Shown here piece by piece: positions 11,047 to 23,400 of a stretch of DNA of 64,000 nucleotides. Within the stretch, counting starts at the first letter, position 1. Every line of letters starts with the position of its first letter. The DNA comes from Antedon mediterranea (lineage: Eukaryota > Animalia > Echinodermata). A program made the translations under genes and the position numbers. The stretch lies in NCBI RefSeq assembly GCF_964355755.1, contig NC_092675.1, forward strand, positions 17,332,912 through 17,396,911. The letters are read 5' to 3'. The notes under the pieces were generated by a model, which saw only the letters and a list, made by a program, of their open reading frames with translations, had not been told where the DNA came from and made no database searches.

Positions 11047-13223
11047 CTATATCTCTTCGATAAGTCGTGTTGGCTTCCTTCGAAGTCGCGTGGAGCGTCG
11101 TGGAGTAACCTCAGGCGATGAAGACAATCTATGTTCCTCTTCAACCGGTTGGTTGGTGGATGTTTGCTCTTTGTTCGCAATCGTTTCGCTCGCAATCGTT
11201 ATTGGTACTGTCTGTTTAATCTTGTGTTCCAACTCGCTATGTGAAGTAGGGGTTTTACTCGCGTAAGCGTCCGCGTCTGTCGCTTTCAACTGGTCAATGT
11301 GTCTTTTCCACACTCGGCTATCCTCAACACTAATTACGTATGATTTTGGAGCGGTACGTTCTATCACGGTACCTGGCCACCACTTTCCCTCTTGTCGGAA
11401 ATCTTTCACTAATACCATTTCACCTGGGTAAAATTCTCGTAGATCTTTCGTTTTGTCGTGATGAAGCTTCTGATCACTCTGCTTGTTAAGTACCTTGTTT
11501 TCTGTACTGGGATGTAAAAGTGATACTCGCGTTCTCAACTCACGGCCCATGAATAACTTCGCTGGCGTTTGTCCCGTAGTTGCGTGTTTTGTTGTGCGAT
11601 ACGATAAAAGAAATCTGTCCAAACATTGTTGGAAATCCTTCCCATTAGCTCGGCTTGCCGCTAACGATCTTTTGAAAGATTGAACCATTCGTTCTGCTGC
11701 TCCGTTGCTTGCGGCGTGATAAGGTGCAACCTTTACATGTTTCACCCCGTTTTGCTTTAAGAAGAATTCAAATTCGTCGCTAACAAATTGAGGTCCATTA
11801 TCGCTTACAAGTTGAACAGGCAATCCGTATCTACTGAACAACTCTCTCATCGCTTTGATGGTCGCTGCACTCGTCGTACTGTTCATATGAACGACTTGTG
11901 GCCATTTCGAATATGAGTCAACCACTACTAGATAATCTCGTTTATCTTTCTGCGCATAGTCAATATGTATTCGTGTCCAAGGCTGATTTGGCCAGATCCA
12001 GGGCATCATTGGTGCTACGCTTGGTCGACTTTGTGTTTGGTGACATGCTTGACATTGCTTCACCAATCGTTCAATGTCGGAATCTATCTGGGGCCACCAG
12101 ACATGACTTCGCGCAATCTCTTTCATACGCACGATTCCGGGGTGAGCACAATGAAGCTCCTCCAGAACTGCCCCTCTGAGTTTCGGTGGAATCACTACCC
12201 TGTATCCCCACAGCAAACAGTCCTGTTCTACACTCAATTCGTCTCTTCGGTGTAGGAATGGTTTTAGATCGTCGTCGTTTTCTGACTGCCATAAACCTGT
12301 CTGTACCATGTATAACACTTTGCTCAATAGCGGGTCTTTCCTGGTATGCTGTTGTACGTTCGTGACTGGCAAATTGTCTAATGTATGCCCCGCTATGTTA
12401 TATACTGCATCGTCTTCCCGTCCTTCGTATGGCATTGGGAGACGTGAGAGTGCGTCGGCAATTACGTTCTGTTTTCCAGGAATGAACTTTAAATCGTATT
12501 CGAACGCTGATAGCACGATTGCCCATCGCTGTAATCTCTGTGCGGCCAGTGTCGGAATAGCTGATTTAGGTCCTAGAATGCGTTCAAGTGGCTTATGATC
12601 AGTTCTTATCGTGAATTTCCGTCCGTATAAGTATGTTCTAAACCTTTGAAGTCCAAACATGATGCTTAGGGCTTCCTTGTCTAGTTGTGCATAACCCTTT
12701 TCGTGTTTATGCAGGCTTCGCGATGCGTACGCGATCGGTGTTTTGATATTGTTCTCGTTTACGTGGCAAATGACTGCGCCAACTCCGTATGGTGATGCGT
12801 CCGTGTATAGTTCCAGTGGTTTTAATGGGTCATAATGCGTCAACATCATGTCTTCGCTAATAATTCGCTTTACCGCGTTAAACGCTTTACTACAGTCGAC
12901 AGTCCATGACCATGGTTTGCTTCCCAACAGCTCATTCAAAGGATGTATCATCGTCGATAATCGTGGAATAAATGACGCGTGATAGTTAACTAGTCCTAGC
13001 CAGGATCTTAGTTCTGTTGCATTCTGTGGTGCTCGTGCATCCTTGATGGCTTTCACTTTATCGTTTGTCGGTTGAATTCCTGCTGCTGATAGCTTACGTC
13101 CCATGTAGACTACTTCCTTTTGTACAAACGCGCATTTCTCAGCTTTCACTCTGAGACCATACTTGTTAAATCTCTCAAATAGTTTCTCAAGATTACTAAT
13201 ATGCTCTTTATCAGACGCACCTG
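11047..13223 (-). CDS. pol: pol 3' part: RT C-terminus, RNase H, integrase
   Basis: RNase H motifs TDASPYGVGAV and TDHKPL. Integrase HHCC (HCAHPG...CQAC) and DDE (HIDYA, VSDNGPQF, NGAAER). The frame stays open up to the MITE junction. Confidence 0.95.
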
Positions 13224-13226
13224 TAA

Positions 13227-14833
13227 GGCGTCATCTACAAATTATTTCAGACCACAGAGACGCGTCTGAAAACTTGCAACCCATCAGACGCGTCTGTCCA
13301 ATGCTGAACCTCATTAACGATCTATTATGAATATTCATGAGCTACCCAATCACGGTGAAGACGCGTCTGTGTGATTAAAACCCGTCTTCGCTGTTTAGTA
13401 GGTAAAACAATAGAAAACGCGTCTGAGTGATTAAAACCCGTCTGTATTGCTTGTATGGTGAAACAAAATTGGTATCATTTCACAGAACCAACAAATCTGA
13501 GACTAGGCCTAGGTTATCCTAATTTGGACGGAAATTCGCCGATGAGACGACATCGGGCCTGTGGACCTCAGCTCATGCAGAGAGAGAAAGAAAGTCTAGG
13601 CCTAGGCTAGCCTAGTTTCGGCGGCCTACACTAGGCCTCTAAATTATTTAACGCTCCTACCTTGGGTTAGCGAATTATAAAAACAACGACACCTAGGCCT
13701 AGGCTAGGATATGAAAAATAAATATATATTCAATATTAAGATAAAACATGTAAGCAGTTTAGAGCTAGAGAGAGAGAGTATATGTTTCAGGTACATGATC
13801 TTAATTACTGTTTTATCGTCGTCAGACGGCAGCCGCCGAGTATGGCGTTTCATGCCATGTGCATGTGACCAACAAAACTAGGTCTGTATTTATTACGGTC
13901 TTCTGTCGGCAGTCTTTTTGAGCGACCGACTGAAAACGTTCTGATACTATATTTAGAATGAATTGTTTACGATCTTTTTTTCTCGGCATCGTTCTGGATG
14001 GACTGCACGTTCGCTATAATATGTTTATTAGTTGGCCTGTTCGTTGAGGTTCACCTGTGTTGGATCGCGTGTCTCTACGTTTACATCGTGGGAAATTTAT
14101 ATTTATATTCGCCGTTGAGTAGGTAAACACGCATGAAGGAAACGATTACGATTAAAAAATATTATATATTTACAACTTGGTCCTCCGCCAGTTAAATTTA
14201 ACACATTAATTTCACACCTTCTTACTTCACTAAGAACATCGTAGGGTAGGGTTGTTTATTTAGGTTACGAACTCCCTACAAAGTTCAGAACGTAGCTCAT
14301 TGAAAGTTGTTGATTGAGGTTACGAAGCCAAACAATGGAACCTACGAAGCCAACAATGTAGCCTACGAAGCTACTTCGTAGGTAAAGTTGCAGTATTTTC
14401 TTTCTGTACTGTAGAGGTCAATAGTTTGAGTAATTCCATGTTCCAAAAGTTAACTTTAACGTTTTTGCATGTGGTAAATTCACTCTTTAGCACAAGAAAA
14501 ATAAAATCGCAAAAATAAAAGGTCGCGAATAAATAGAAACGAAAATTTGCGCTTTACAGTATACTCTGTCGGCGGTAAAAGGGTATACCTGTACTGATTT
14601 GTAATTTAATATCACGCTCTCAATGAATTCACTTGTATGTAGCGCGTTTAACACCAGTACACAGTATAACAATGTGCAGTCAGCCGTATATAGGGGCGGG
14701 GCCATAGTCGAACATGCATATTGGCGTCTAGACGCAGCCAAATCAGACGGGTTTTGAGACGCGTTTTTGGGTAAACAATAGAAAACGCGCCTGGACGCTG
14801 ATTTGTGGTCTGAAATAATTTGTAGATGACGCC
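13227..14833. mobile_element. PIF/Harbinger-type non-autonomous element nested in the RT domain
   Basis: Perfect 30-bp TIR ggcgtcatctacaaattatttcagaccaca and TAA TSD (13224-13226, 14834-14836). Subterminal acgcgtctg repeats. No transposase ORF. Confidence 0.9.
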
Positions 14834-16637
14834 TAACAAGAACATCGTCCATGATCGCACATGTTCCTTTAAGTCCTGCTATCACCTGTTCTATGAATCG
14901 CTGCCATATGGCTGGACTGGACGAAATACCAAACGGTAACCTCGTGTATCGATATAATTCGCGGTGCGTGTTGATCGTTACCAACTCTTGCGCCTCGTCT
15001 TCCAGTACTAACTGCTGGTACGCACATTTCAAATCAATCTTAGAGAATCGCTTTCCACCTCCCAACTTGGTGAAAACTTCCTCTGGGGTCGGAATTGGAT
15101 ATTGGTCGCAATTTAAACTCGGGTTGACTGTTACTTTATAATCTCCGCAGACACGTACCCTGCCATCGGCCTTTGGAATACATACCAATGGGGTTGCCCA
15201 CTGACTAAAGTCTACCGGATAAATAACTCCTTCGTTTTGCATTCTGTCTAACTCTACCTCAACTGCGGAGCGTAGCGCAAATGGAACATTTCGAGCTTTG
15301 CAGAATTTTGGGATTGCGTTCACTTTTAGATGTAATGTCGCTTTGTGTCCCTGAACCGTACCTAATTCCGTTCGGAAAACTTCTGGGAACTTCTGTTTGA
15401 ATGACTGACCGACATCGTTATCTATTTCTACCGAATTCTGAGCAAGCGATGGTGGAAATAATGACTTCCAGTCCAACTTAATCACTTCTAACCAGGTTCT
15501 TCCAAGCAAGGGTGGTGAGTTTCGTCGCTGTGTTCTCACTACTATCAGTGGGAGAACGTTACTCTGGCCCCTATAGTTCACGGTGACTTTAATTTCTCCT
15601 GCTATATCGAGCTTAGTACCTGTGTATGCGTGAAGTGTACGTTTTACTGACTTTAATGGTAGATGGCTAAGCTTGCTTTCGTAATCGTCAAAGCTAATTA
15701 TCGATACTGCTGCGCCCGTATCTACTTCAAAATCAATATCTATATCATCAACTCGCATCTGTACCGTTATTGGTGGTACCGAATTTTCCTGCTTAATGCC
15801 TACGCAAAACATTGTATCTACAAAATCGTCATTACCTTCGTTGTAATCCGGTGCTTCTACTTGCTTGATGGATTTAGGTTTATATTGTTTTGTTGATTTA
15901 CTCGACTGCCTGCATTCTGATTTTAGGTGTCCTTGTTTGTTGCATTTAAAACATGTAGCGTTTTTGTATTTACACGTATCTCTTGTATGATTGTTCATAC
16001 CACAGAGGTCACATTTCTGCGTTCGTGTTAGTTTCGACGCTTGATAAGTTTTCGTAGACATCCTGCTGTTAGACGTAACGTGGTTGATTGGCTTGTCCAC
16101 ATCGTGCGACATACTTTTCATATTCGCTGTTGCTGCCTCCGAGGCTATGGCTATGTCTGTTGCTTCCTTGAACGTATGGTTCTTTGTCAATAATTTCTTT
16201 TGGATGCTCTGACTTATTAGTCCACATACGAACTGATCACGCAGTGCGTTTTCCAATGCCTCTCCTTCAAAACCACAATGTATCGCCTTTTTCTTTAGAT
16301 GGGATACAAATTGAGAAATAGTCTGTCCCGGTGTCTGTTTTACATTTCTGAATATAAATCGTTCAGAAATCGTTATTCGAGTAGGTTTGTAATGCTCTTT
16401 GAGCTTGGTTGTGAGCGTATCGTACGATTTTGTACTTGGTTTATCAGGAAAACACAAATCTCGTATCGTTGTGTATCCAGTCTCTCCTAAACTACTCAAT
16501 AATATCGCTCTTTTCTTACCTCCGTCATTGATATCTAATGCCACAAAATATTGTTCCAGCCTGTCCACATACGTATCTATGTCTCCATCCTGGACGTTGA
16601 ATTCCTCGAATAGAATTCTGGTATTAGCCGCTGCCAT
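14834..16637 (-). CDS. gag-pol: gag-protease-RT 5' part
   Basis: Probable start MAAANTR at 16637. Two Cys/His knuckles (CDLCGMNNHTRDTC, CFKCNKQGHLKSEC), protease DTGA, RT motifs CGDYK, KIDL, RLPFG and MDD. Confidence 0.95.
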
Positions 16638-16811
16638 TACCGCGCTTCGCTCTGTACGTTCAGGGCGCTCAGTCGTTATTAGCCTGTGCGGTTCCTTGGT
16701 TACGGTTGCCGTTGTTGGAAAATCAAAAACTGCTAGCCTAGGCTTTAGTTTTATAATATTATTATACTTCCGTTTCTCTCTATGTAAATGTGCCTGTATC
16801 CTCGTCGCCAG

Positions 16812-16985
16812 TGTCGTGTATCGTCGTAGACAAATTAATAAGTACGTTGAGATGAGTATAATAATGAACGTATTTAATGAAACCAACTAGTAGTCATGAA
16901 CAATAGTATAGAACGTTTTGTAGGCTAACCTCGTCAGACCATATGCGCAGTACGCATATATATATGTGCGCGTGTATATACTACA
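16812..16985 (-). repeat. 5' LTR
   Basis: 174-bp TG...CA repeat adjacent to the PBS. Confidence 0.96.
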
Positions 16986-17395
16986 ATATATTTGTAACAA
17001 ATTGTTTTGGATTAATTTTTGCGTATGTTGTGATGTGACCCCTTGACACCCCTTGAATTAATGAAATAAAAAAATGGGTTTCCTTATTGTAGAGTCTCTT
17101 TTATCTTCTAAAGTAATTTAATAAAAAAGAATTTCTTCAATTTTAAGCTAAAGACAAGACAAACAAAACTGATTTGTTTTCCTTCCATCATGAATTCTAT
17201 TCTCTATTTTTTGTTTCTAATTTGTAACAGTACGTAAACAAAAACATGTTTATTTAGCAATGTTCTTAGTGGATGACGTAAACTATGTCCAACTATCATA
17301 ATGTCATTCATCATGCTCTGCGTAACACAATTCATCAATGTCTCATAAAATGATTGATTTCATATTTATTGTTATTTTTTTGTCCATTCAATTAA

Positions 17396-17552
17396 GCTCT
17401 ATCTACCCTATCAAACTTTATGTGACAACAAAATGTGATGTGCCCATATATGGACATGATGATGTCATGTCACTACCATATTTAAACATATCACTACCAT
17501 ATTTGGGTACATCACACGTTTTTGTCACATAAAGTTTGATAGTGTACATAGT
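17396..17552. mobile_element. MITE family A copy 1
   Basis: TIR gctctrtctacactatcaaact after TTAA, with internal atcactaccatat repeats. Same family as 17876, 39170, 41792 and 45442. Confidence 0.8.
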
Positions 17553-17875
17553 GTATACACATGTTGTATTTTGAATTTGTTTATGTTGTGTATGAAAGGC
17601 AAACATTATAAACTAAAAAGAGTGCAAACCGCCGCCTACTGTTAAATTCCCCTACATAAAATTTATTTGTGTGTGTGTGTGTGATTAGGCTAATTGCACT
17701 ACGATGTTTTTAATGTGAGTTTAGTGTAATGGTTTCCAGCCTCTCACAGTTGATGATTCATGCTGTGGACCTTTTATTTTGAAACAAACACACATGTGGT
17801 CAACTACATAACCTCTTGCCATTTTGGTGGAGTTAATAATGAAAGCATTACAATGTGAACTGATTGTTTCCTTAA

Positions 17876-18054
17876 GCTCTGTCTACACTATCAAACTCTA
17901 TGTGACAAAAAATTTGGTGGGCCCATATATAGACATGATAATGTCATATCACTACCATATCTGAACATATCACTACCATATCTGAACATATCACTACCAT
18001 ATTTGGGCACATCACGCCTTTTTTGTCAAACCAGTTTGATAGTGTAGACAGAGT
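17876..18054. mobile_element. MITE family A copy 2
   Basis: ttaa-gctctgtctacactatcaaact ... agtttgatagtgtagacagag. Three internal 20-bp repeats. Confidence 0.85.
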
Positions 18055-18433
18055 TTTAAGACTAACATGCTAGATTGTTTCCTTTGCTTTTTATTAAATG
18101 TTAAAATGCAATTGGAACTTTTCTATGTTCTAAAATAAAGATCATTATGGATTATAAATACTAAATCAATGTACAGAAATTAATCAATGTTACATACATT
18201 GTAATTTATTAGCTAATATTTCATGGTGTTCATTCTTTCACTGCGTTTGTATCACATTATTTATAAAATGGATAGATAGATTTAATGTTTTTATGTGTCA
18301 ATTTACACATAATTAATATCCACATATATCATTAAAAAACCGTCACTATTATGTCAATTAAAATCAGAGACTGTTATCTATATTATGAATTATTTATTTT
18401 CAATTAGTTGAACATTTTTTTTTTTTTTTACAG

Positions 18434-18538
18434 GAGCAGTCCAGCGCTGAAAGTGATGATGAAAATTGTGATTCACCATCATCATCCCGACCTGTGTCGC
18501 GAGGAGCATCTCCGGCTTTGTTGCAAAAAAAACGTTAA
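18434..18538 (+). CDS. SMARCA4: SMARCA2/4 terminal coding exon
   Basis: Strong poly-T/acag acceptor, phase 0. Translates EQSSAESDDENCDSPSSSRPVSRGASPALLQKKR*. Confidence 0.8.
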   Translation, partial: EQSSAESDDENCDSPSSSRPVSRGASPALLQKKR

Positions 18539-18749
18539 GCTCTTTAGCACAATTTAACAACCTGTATAGCAGTAGAATTAGTGAAGTTTTGTTTTGTCTT
18601 GTTTCCTTATATAGTGATAGTTTCTCTAACATGGCTATACATCTCAAAACCTACTCATCGTAGACAGATTTTATTTCATTTATATGTTTCTGATTTAAAC
18701 TTGATAACACTTGCATTACTAACTTATATTCTTTAAAAAGCTTCATTTT

Positions 18750-18950
18750 GTTGGTGTAGAAGGAGTGTGAATCATAGTATTTTATTTCTATAGCACATAA
18801 TTATTGGCGTAGAAGAAATGTAAATTCATGGTGTTTTATTATTATAACACAATCTTCATTATTGGTGCAGAAGAAGTGTGAATCATATTATTATTGCTAG
18901 TACACATTTTCATTCAGGCTGATGCAAAGAAGTGTTAATTATTGTATTCC
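18750..18950 (+). repeat. Diverged ~50-bp tandem repeat in the presumed SMARCA 3' UTR
   Basis: Recurring ggygyagaagragtgtgaatcat...att units, about 4 copies. Confidence 0.55.
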
Positions 18951-19223
18951 ATTTCTGTTCCCTTGTGAGATAGTACTTGTGATGCATTTTTTCCCACAAT
19001 CTATCAATAGTATCATTAAGATCATCAAAGTAAAAACAAAATATAGGGATAGAAGTTGAAGCTTTGCTTTTACAGCCCCATTAAAACACCTCATACCTGG
19101 TGTATGAAAAATGTTATTCTATTTATTTACATACAGCTTACTTAACATAATACTATCCTATTACACAAAGGTTTTATATCCAGCTATCATATTAAAAAGT
19201 CAATACATATTTCACTGTTATAG

Positions 19224-19259
19224 CAGGGAGTTGTTATAATGTAATATAACAACTCTCTG
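19224..19259. other. 36-bp palindrome with 7-bp flanking direct repeat (candidate transposon excision footprint)
   Basis: gttatag|cagggagttgttataat-gt-aatataacaactctctg|gttatac. Confidence 0.65.
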
Positions 19260-20159
19260 GTTATACTAGGTATCCAGTTACTGTATATACTTAACTCAAT
19301 TGCCAACTACACTGTTAAACAATTACAATACATGATTGCTACTGTTCGTAAGTAGTTCTCAACTTTTGTATTAACCTATGTTTATGTGGATCTATATTAA
19401 TGCTTGTGTTTTCTTTTCATTCGAACACATTTTTCAATAGCTTGATATCAAATTCGATATCAAATTTACTTCAACAATTTTCAAGGTCATATTTCATGAA
19501 TTACATTGTAGCATTTTTATTGTGTGAATGAAACATAGTAATATAGTACCTAAAAAACTAATATATAACATGTATTTTTTTTATTGAATAATTTATCTAT
19601 TTATTCAGTAACATGGATATATAAATTGGAAATGGAATATATAGTGTCTATAGCACGGTGTCACATAGATATTTAATCTTAATTTTTTTGTGCTGCATAT
19701 AATGATCATGCATGAAAGTTAATGACGGTACTGTACGTTAAGTACAGAGTCAGATCACCTATTTATACCTGCTTAGCAACAGCCAGTGATATTAATCTTT
19801 TTCATGCAGTTTGATTTTGTTAAACATATATTTAAATAGGCTAATGGTGTGTAGTATCTATCCAGCATTATTTGAATTGATACTTGAGACAATGAATTTG
19901 TAACATATGTTAAAATGTCTTGTTTCTTCTCAGCTGTAAAGTCCTTGAATTAAACTAGCATTGTTAATTATTCCTGAAATAAGCTTAAACTGGCTTCTGT
20001 TTATCACCAATAATATGTAAGGCAGCATAAATCAAACATATAGGTACGTTACAATTAATAACATGTTCATATCAAATCAAAACTTGTCATTGTAGGCTCA
20101 AGTGAACACACACATTCACCCAAGTTGATTTTTTACATAAAAATCATTATTTACAATAG

Positions 20160-20436
20160 AGTAGTGGGACACCCCTGTTAAGGCCAATTTACACACATGA
20201 GTAATTTGTATCTATCCTGAGTGTAAACCACCCTATCTGCTCCGCGTTGTGTGTAAATGGTCATAAGGAATAACATAGGTTCTTTTATTACTGTTACCGC
20301 TCGCATTTGAGGAGAAACTTTCCTGTGAAACGAAGGGTAATATATGTTTCACCACTATGGCCCACCAACACCTATTTGATGGTCCCTATTAATTGTTAGG
20401 CCCTGAAGGTGTTCCCTTAATAGAGGTGCTACTGTA
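20160..20436. mobile_element. Tc1/mariner/pogo-type MITE remnant with a small nested inverted-repeat element (~20181-20266)
   Basis: Ends gtgttcccttaatagaggtgctactg-ta, with related fragments at ~9815-9860 and ~22285-22370. Nested arms ggccaatttacacaca / tgtgtgtaaatggtc. Confidence 0.5.
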
Positions 20437-23400
20437 TTGTGATAGTAATCACAAAACAGGGGGTTTTTTTTAAAGAATTTTGAACAAAATGGGTGTCTGG
20501 ATGATGTTTTATGATTATTAATTTGACAACACATTTATGTGAACAATACAAAGTATTGCGCTAAGTTGTCATTTTCTAAATTAATTGCTTATTTCATTTA
20601 TGACTAGTCTGTCATTTGTTTATAAACAATTATACACATGAACTTTCTAGATAACTTGTGGGTTAAATTTACATAATTTGTAATTATTGTTATAAACATA
20701 AACCATAGTTAGCGTTGTAAAAGTTGATAATATAATAATTGCTTAGTCTAATTGCGGAGGAATCCTCATGCTCCGAGAAGCTTACTGTTACATCGTCTGC
20801 GATTGTTTATGTATCATTGACTACTTTATTTGTATCTTAATTTCTTTAGTTCCCAATAGCGTTTGTCTTAGATTTGTTTATTTAGAACATTGACTGTATC
20901 TAAGATGTATGTCTGTTTCAGTCATTTCGTAAGAGGTATTTTAGAGGAATAATATGATCTACTATTTCCCTAGCTACGGCTGTAATCCTGCTTCTTATGT
21001 CCGATAATAACATGGTATAGCTCAGATTTGTTTTGTCATCGCTTTATTGTAAATATCCAAGTTTTCTGCTTGTTTGTGTAGGTTTAGATAAAATTGTTGT
21101 TTAAAGCACGTAGTAAGAGTAGAGGTACGTAGTGTGGTTTAAACAAACAATATAATTCATTGCAGAATCATTAAACAATGTAATGAACAACTCCAATAAA
21201 ACAGCACGTATACTTCACATTCTGAGCGAACTACGAGATCAGTCTGTCAATTAATTGATGGGAATTTATTCGTTCGAAGAATAATATATTTAATATATAG
21301 AACAATTATGTTCATAATAACATTACTGTCAAACGATACTAATTATTGTTCAAGGGATATTCATTATGTTAATTTAATGCTTTAATTTGAATGTATCGAT
21401 GGCGATCACCTCTAGGAATAATGATGCCATTTGCATGCATATTATAATATTTTCTGCTGTGCCAGTATATAAACTCAATGTAAACTGTCATGTATTTTCG
21501 CTATATTAATAAATACGATTACTGTACGTTATGTTGTTCATTATTTCTTGTCAAACCGGTTATAACGTTCACACCACTGAGACATTTGTATTTTGTTGTA
21601 ACCATCTTATTTCCATCATCTTCTTAACTTGAAAGATCAATTCCGTCATAGTGAGTTTATCGTCGTAACCCCCTTGTCATCACAATTATTAATCAAACAA
21701 CAGAGCCATAAATTACTTATTTTCAATTAAATTTTAATATTCCACAGAGGTACAGCTTAACAAGCCATTACAATCATCTGCGTCACTCAACAGCATTCAC
21801 CCCCACCCCAACACCTCTTTTTGTTCATAGTCGTGTTCAGTGGCATTAACATGAACTAAGCCGTAGAGTGATTGTTAATCCTTATAAGGTTAATAAACCA
21901 ATAAAGTATTACAACTAATACATTCCTACTAGGCCTGGTAGGTGAGATTACTATGGTAGCTGAAATCCGCCCTTTGAAAGTGTTTACTAATAGTGGTTGT
22001 GTTCCGAGAAGCGTACCCAAAAAACACTCTTGGTTTCTTTAGTACAGTACCTTGATTTGGGATTTTACTTCTTGACCAAAATTTAAAACTTCGCAGTAAC
22101 AGTACCCCACACCCCTTTTGACTAATATTATTATGTTGTGTTTTAAAACCCTGCTTCAGTTTCCTTTTGTTTATTGGTCTGGTGTATGAGGTGGTTCCTT
22201 TCGGTGAGTCTGTTCTAATGTATATTCATTATAAACAGACAACATTTATTCCGTTTATTGGTTTAGGACTCATTAAGTAAGTAAGTAAAACCTCTATTAA
22301 GCTTGGAACCCAACAAATTGTCTCCTTAATAGGGGCATATATTACCTGTCGTTTCGCAGGAAGGTTTATACAGTATGATTATTAACATCTTCCGTCGTCT
22401 TACTGCGATCTTAAATATTTATTCTACACTAATGTTCAAGTTACTATTGACAACAATTCATGAAGAACATCTTTAACATTAGACGAGTCTGTTCGAAATT
22501 CAGAAACTGTATATTGCATGGTTAAAATCACGAACTGTGTATCTAAACAACTCTTTCGCTATGATTAATATTGTTGAGATACCTTCATCTAAAGCAGTTT
22601 TTATAGTGTTATTGGAGAAGTAATGACGGTATACCTTTTGGGTATAGAACGAAAATAATTACCACGAGCTGATTTATTTATCAGAAAGCACTACACAAAA
22701 ACACATTAAATTTTCAGTAAGTTAATGTACTGCATATTGTGTGTGCGCGCACGTAGGCTATGTTTTTCTTTCAACGCATGAGACAAGACTCCTATTTTCT
22801 TCTAGTGTAATATACCTATTGGTGGTTGAATGCTTTTTAAATTAATTTTAGTAAGAAATGTACTTCAATGTACGTGTACTGCAATGTTTCTCTTATTTGT
22901 GTTTATTCTTTCTTTGTGATCTTTCATAAGACAAGAAGCCGTTTTCAATTATGTTTGTAAGATATCGGCAGTTATATTCAAGATTACGGAATCATTAGGA
23001 AACTGTAACACGCGGAACCTTTAGTTTACTAAGGCTGAACAAATGGGTATTTGGAAACTTGAACTGGGCATGCGCAAACCCCAAAGCACGTATTGGAGAA
23101 GAGAGTCTGACTCTGAGATATATACAGGCAGTAGTCTGTAAGAATTGTTTGAAAAACGATGTTTTCGTAGCGGCTGTCAATTTATCATTATCAAAAAATA
23201 GATAAAGCATGGACCTATAAATTTACAGGTTCATGGAAAAAATTGATTAGTGAGTACGTTTGTCGGCGGCTGGGACATATTGGAAAAAAATATTTATTGT
23301 TTTCTTCTGTGTGTTTGTCATTGTTTCTGTGAGGTCATCTTAACCAGAGGCCATTTCTTCTGTTTGTACGATACTTAATGATGGTCGAATGCATTTTAAT

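Larger units (their letters stand above)
10630..16985 (-). mobile_element. Full-length Ty3/gypsy LTR retrotransposon, Mag-like, antisense in a SMARCA intron
   Basis: Two 174-bp TG...CA LTRs and a 5-bp TSD ATATA (10625-10629, 16986-16990). PBS TGGCGACGAG (16801-16810, minus) and PPT aagaaaggaggag (10804-10816, minus). Domain order gag-PR-RT-RH-IN. Confidence 0.97.

Noticed and set aside
14487-14833. C-terminal ~115 aa of the 799-aa ORF
   Set aside because: This is read-through into the Harbinger MITE. The true frame resumes at 13223.
16638-16886. N-terminal extension of the 799-aa ORF
   Set aside because: It runs through the LTR, PBS and leader. Gag-like sequence begins at MAAANTR (16637).
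11483-16890. Plus-strand ORFs over the retrotransposon (66-163 aa)
   Set aside because: Antisense shadows of gag-pol with no recognisable motifs.
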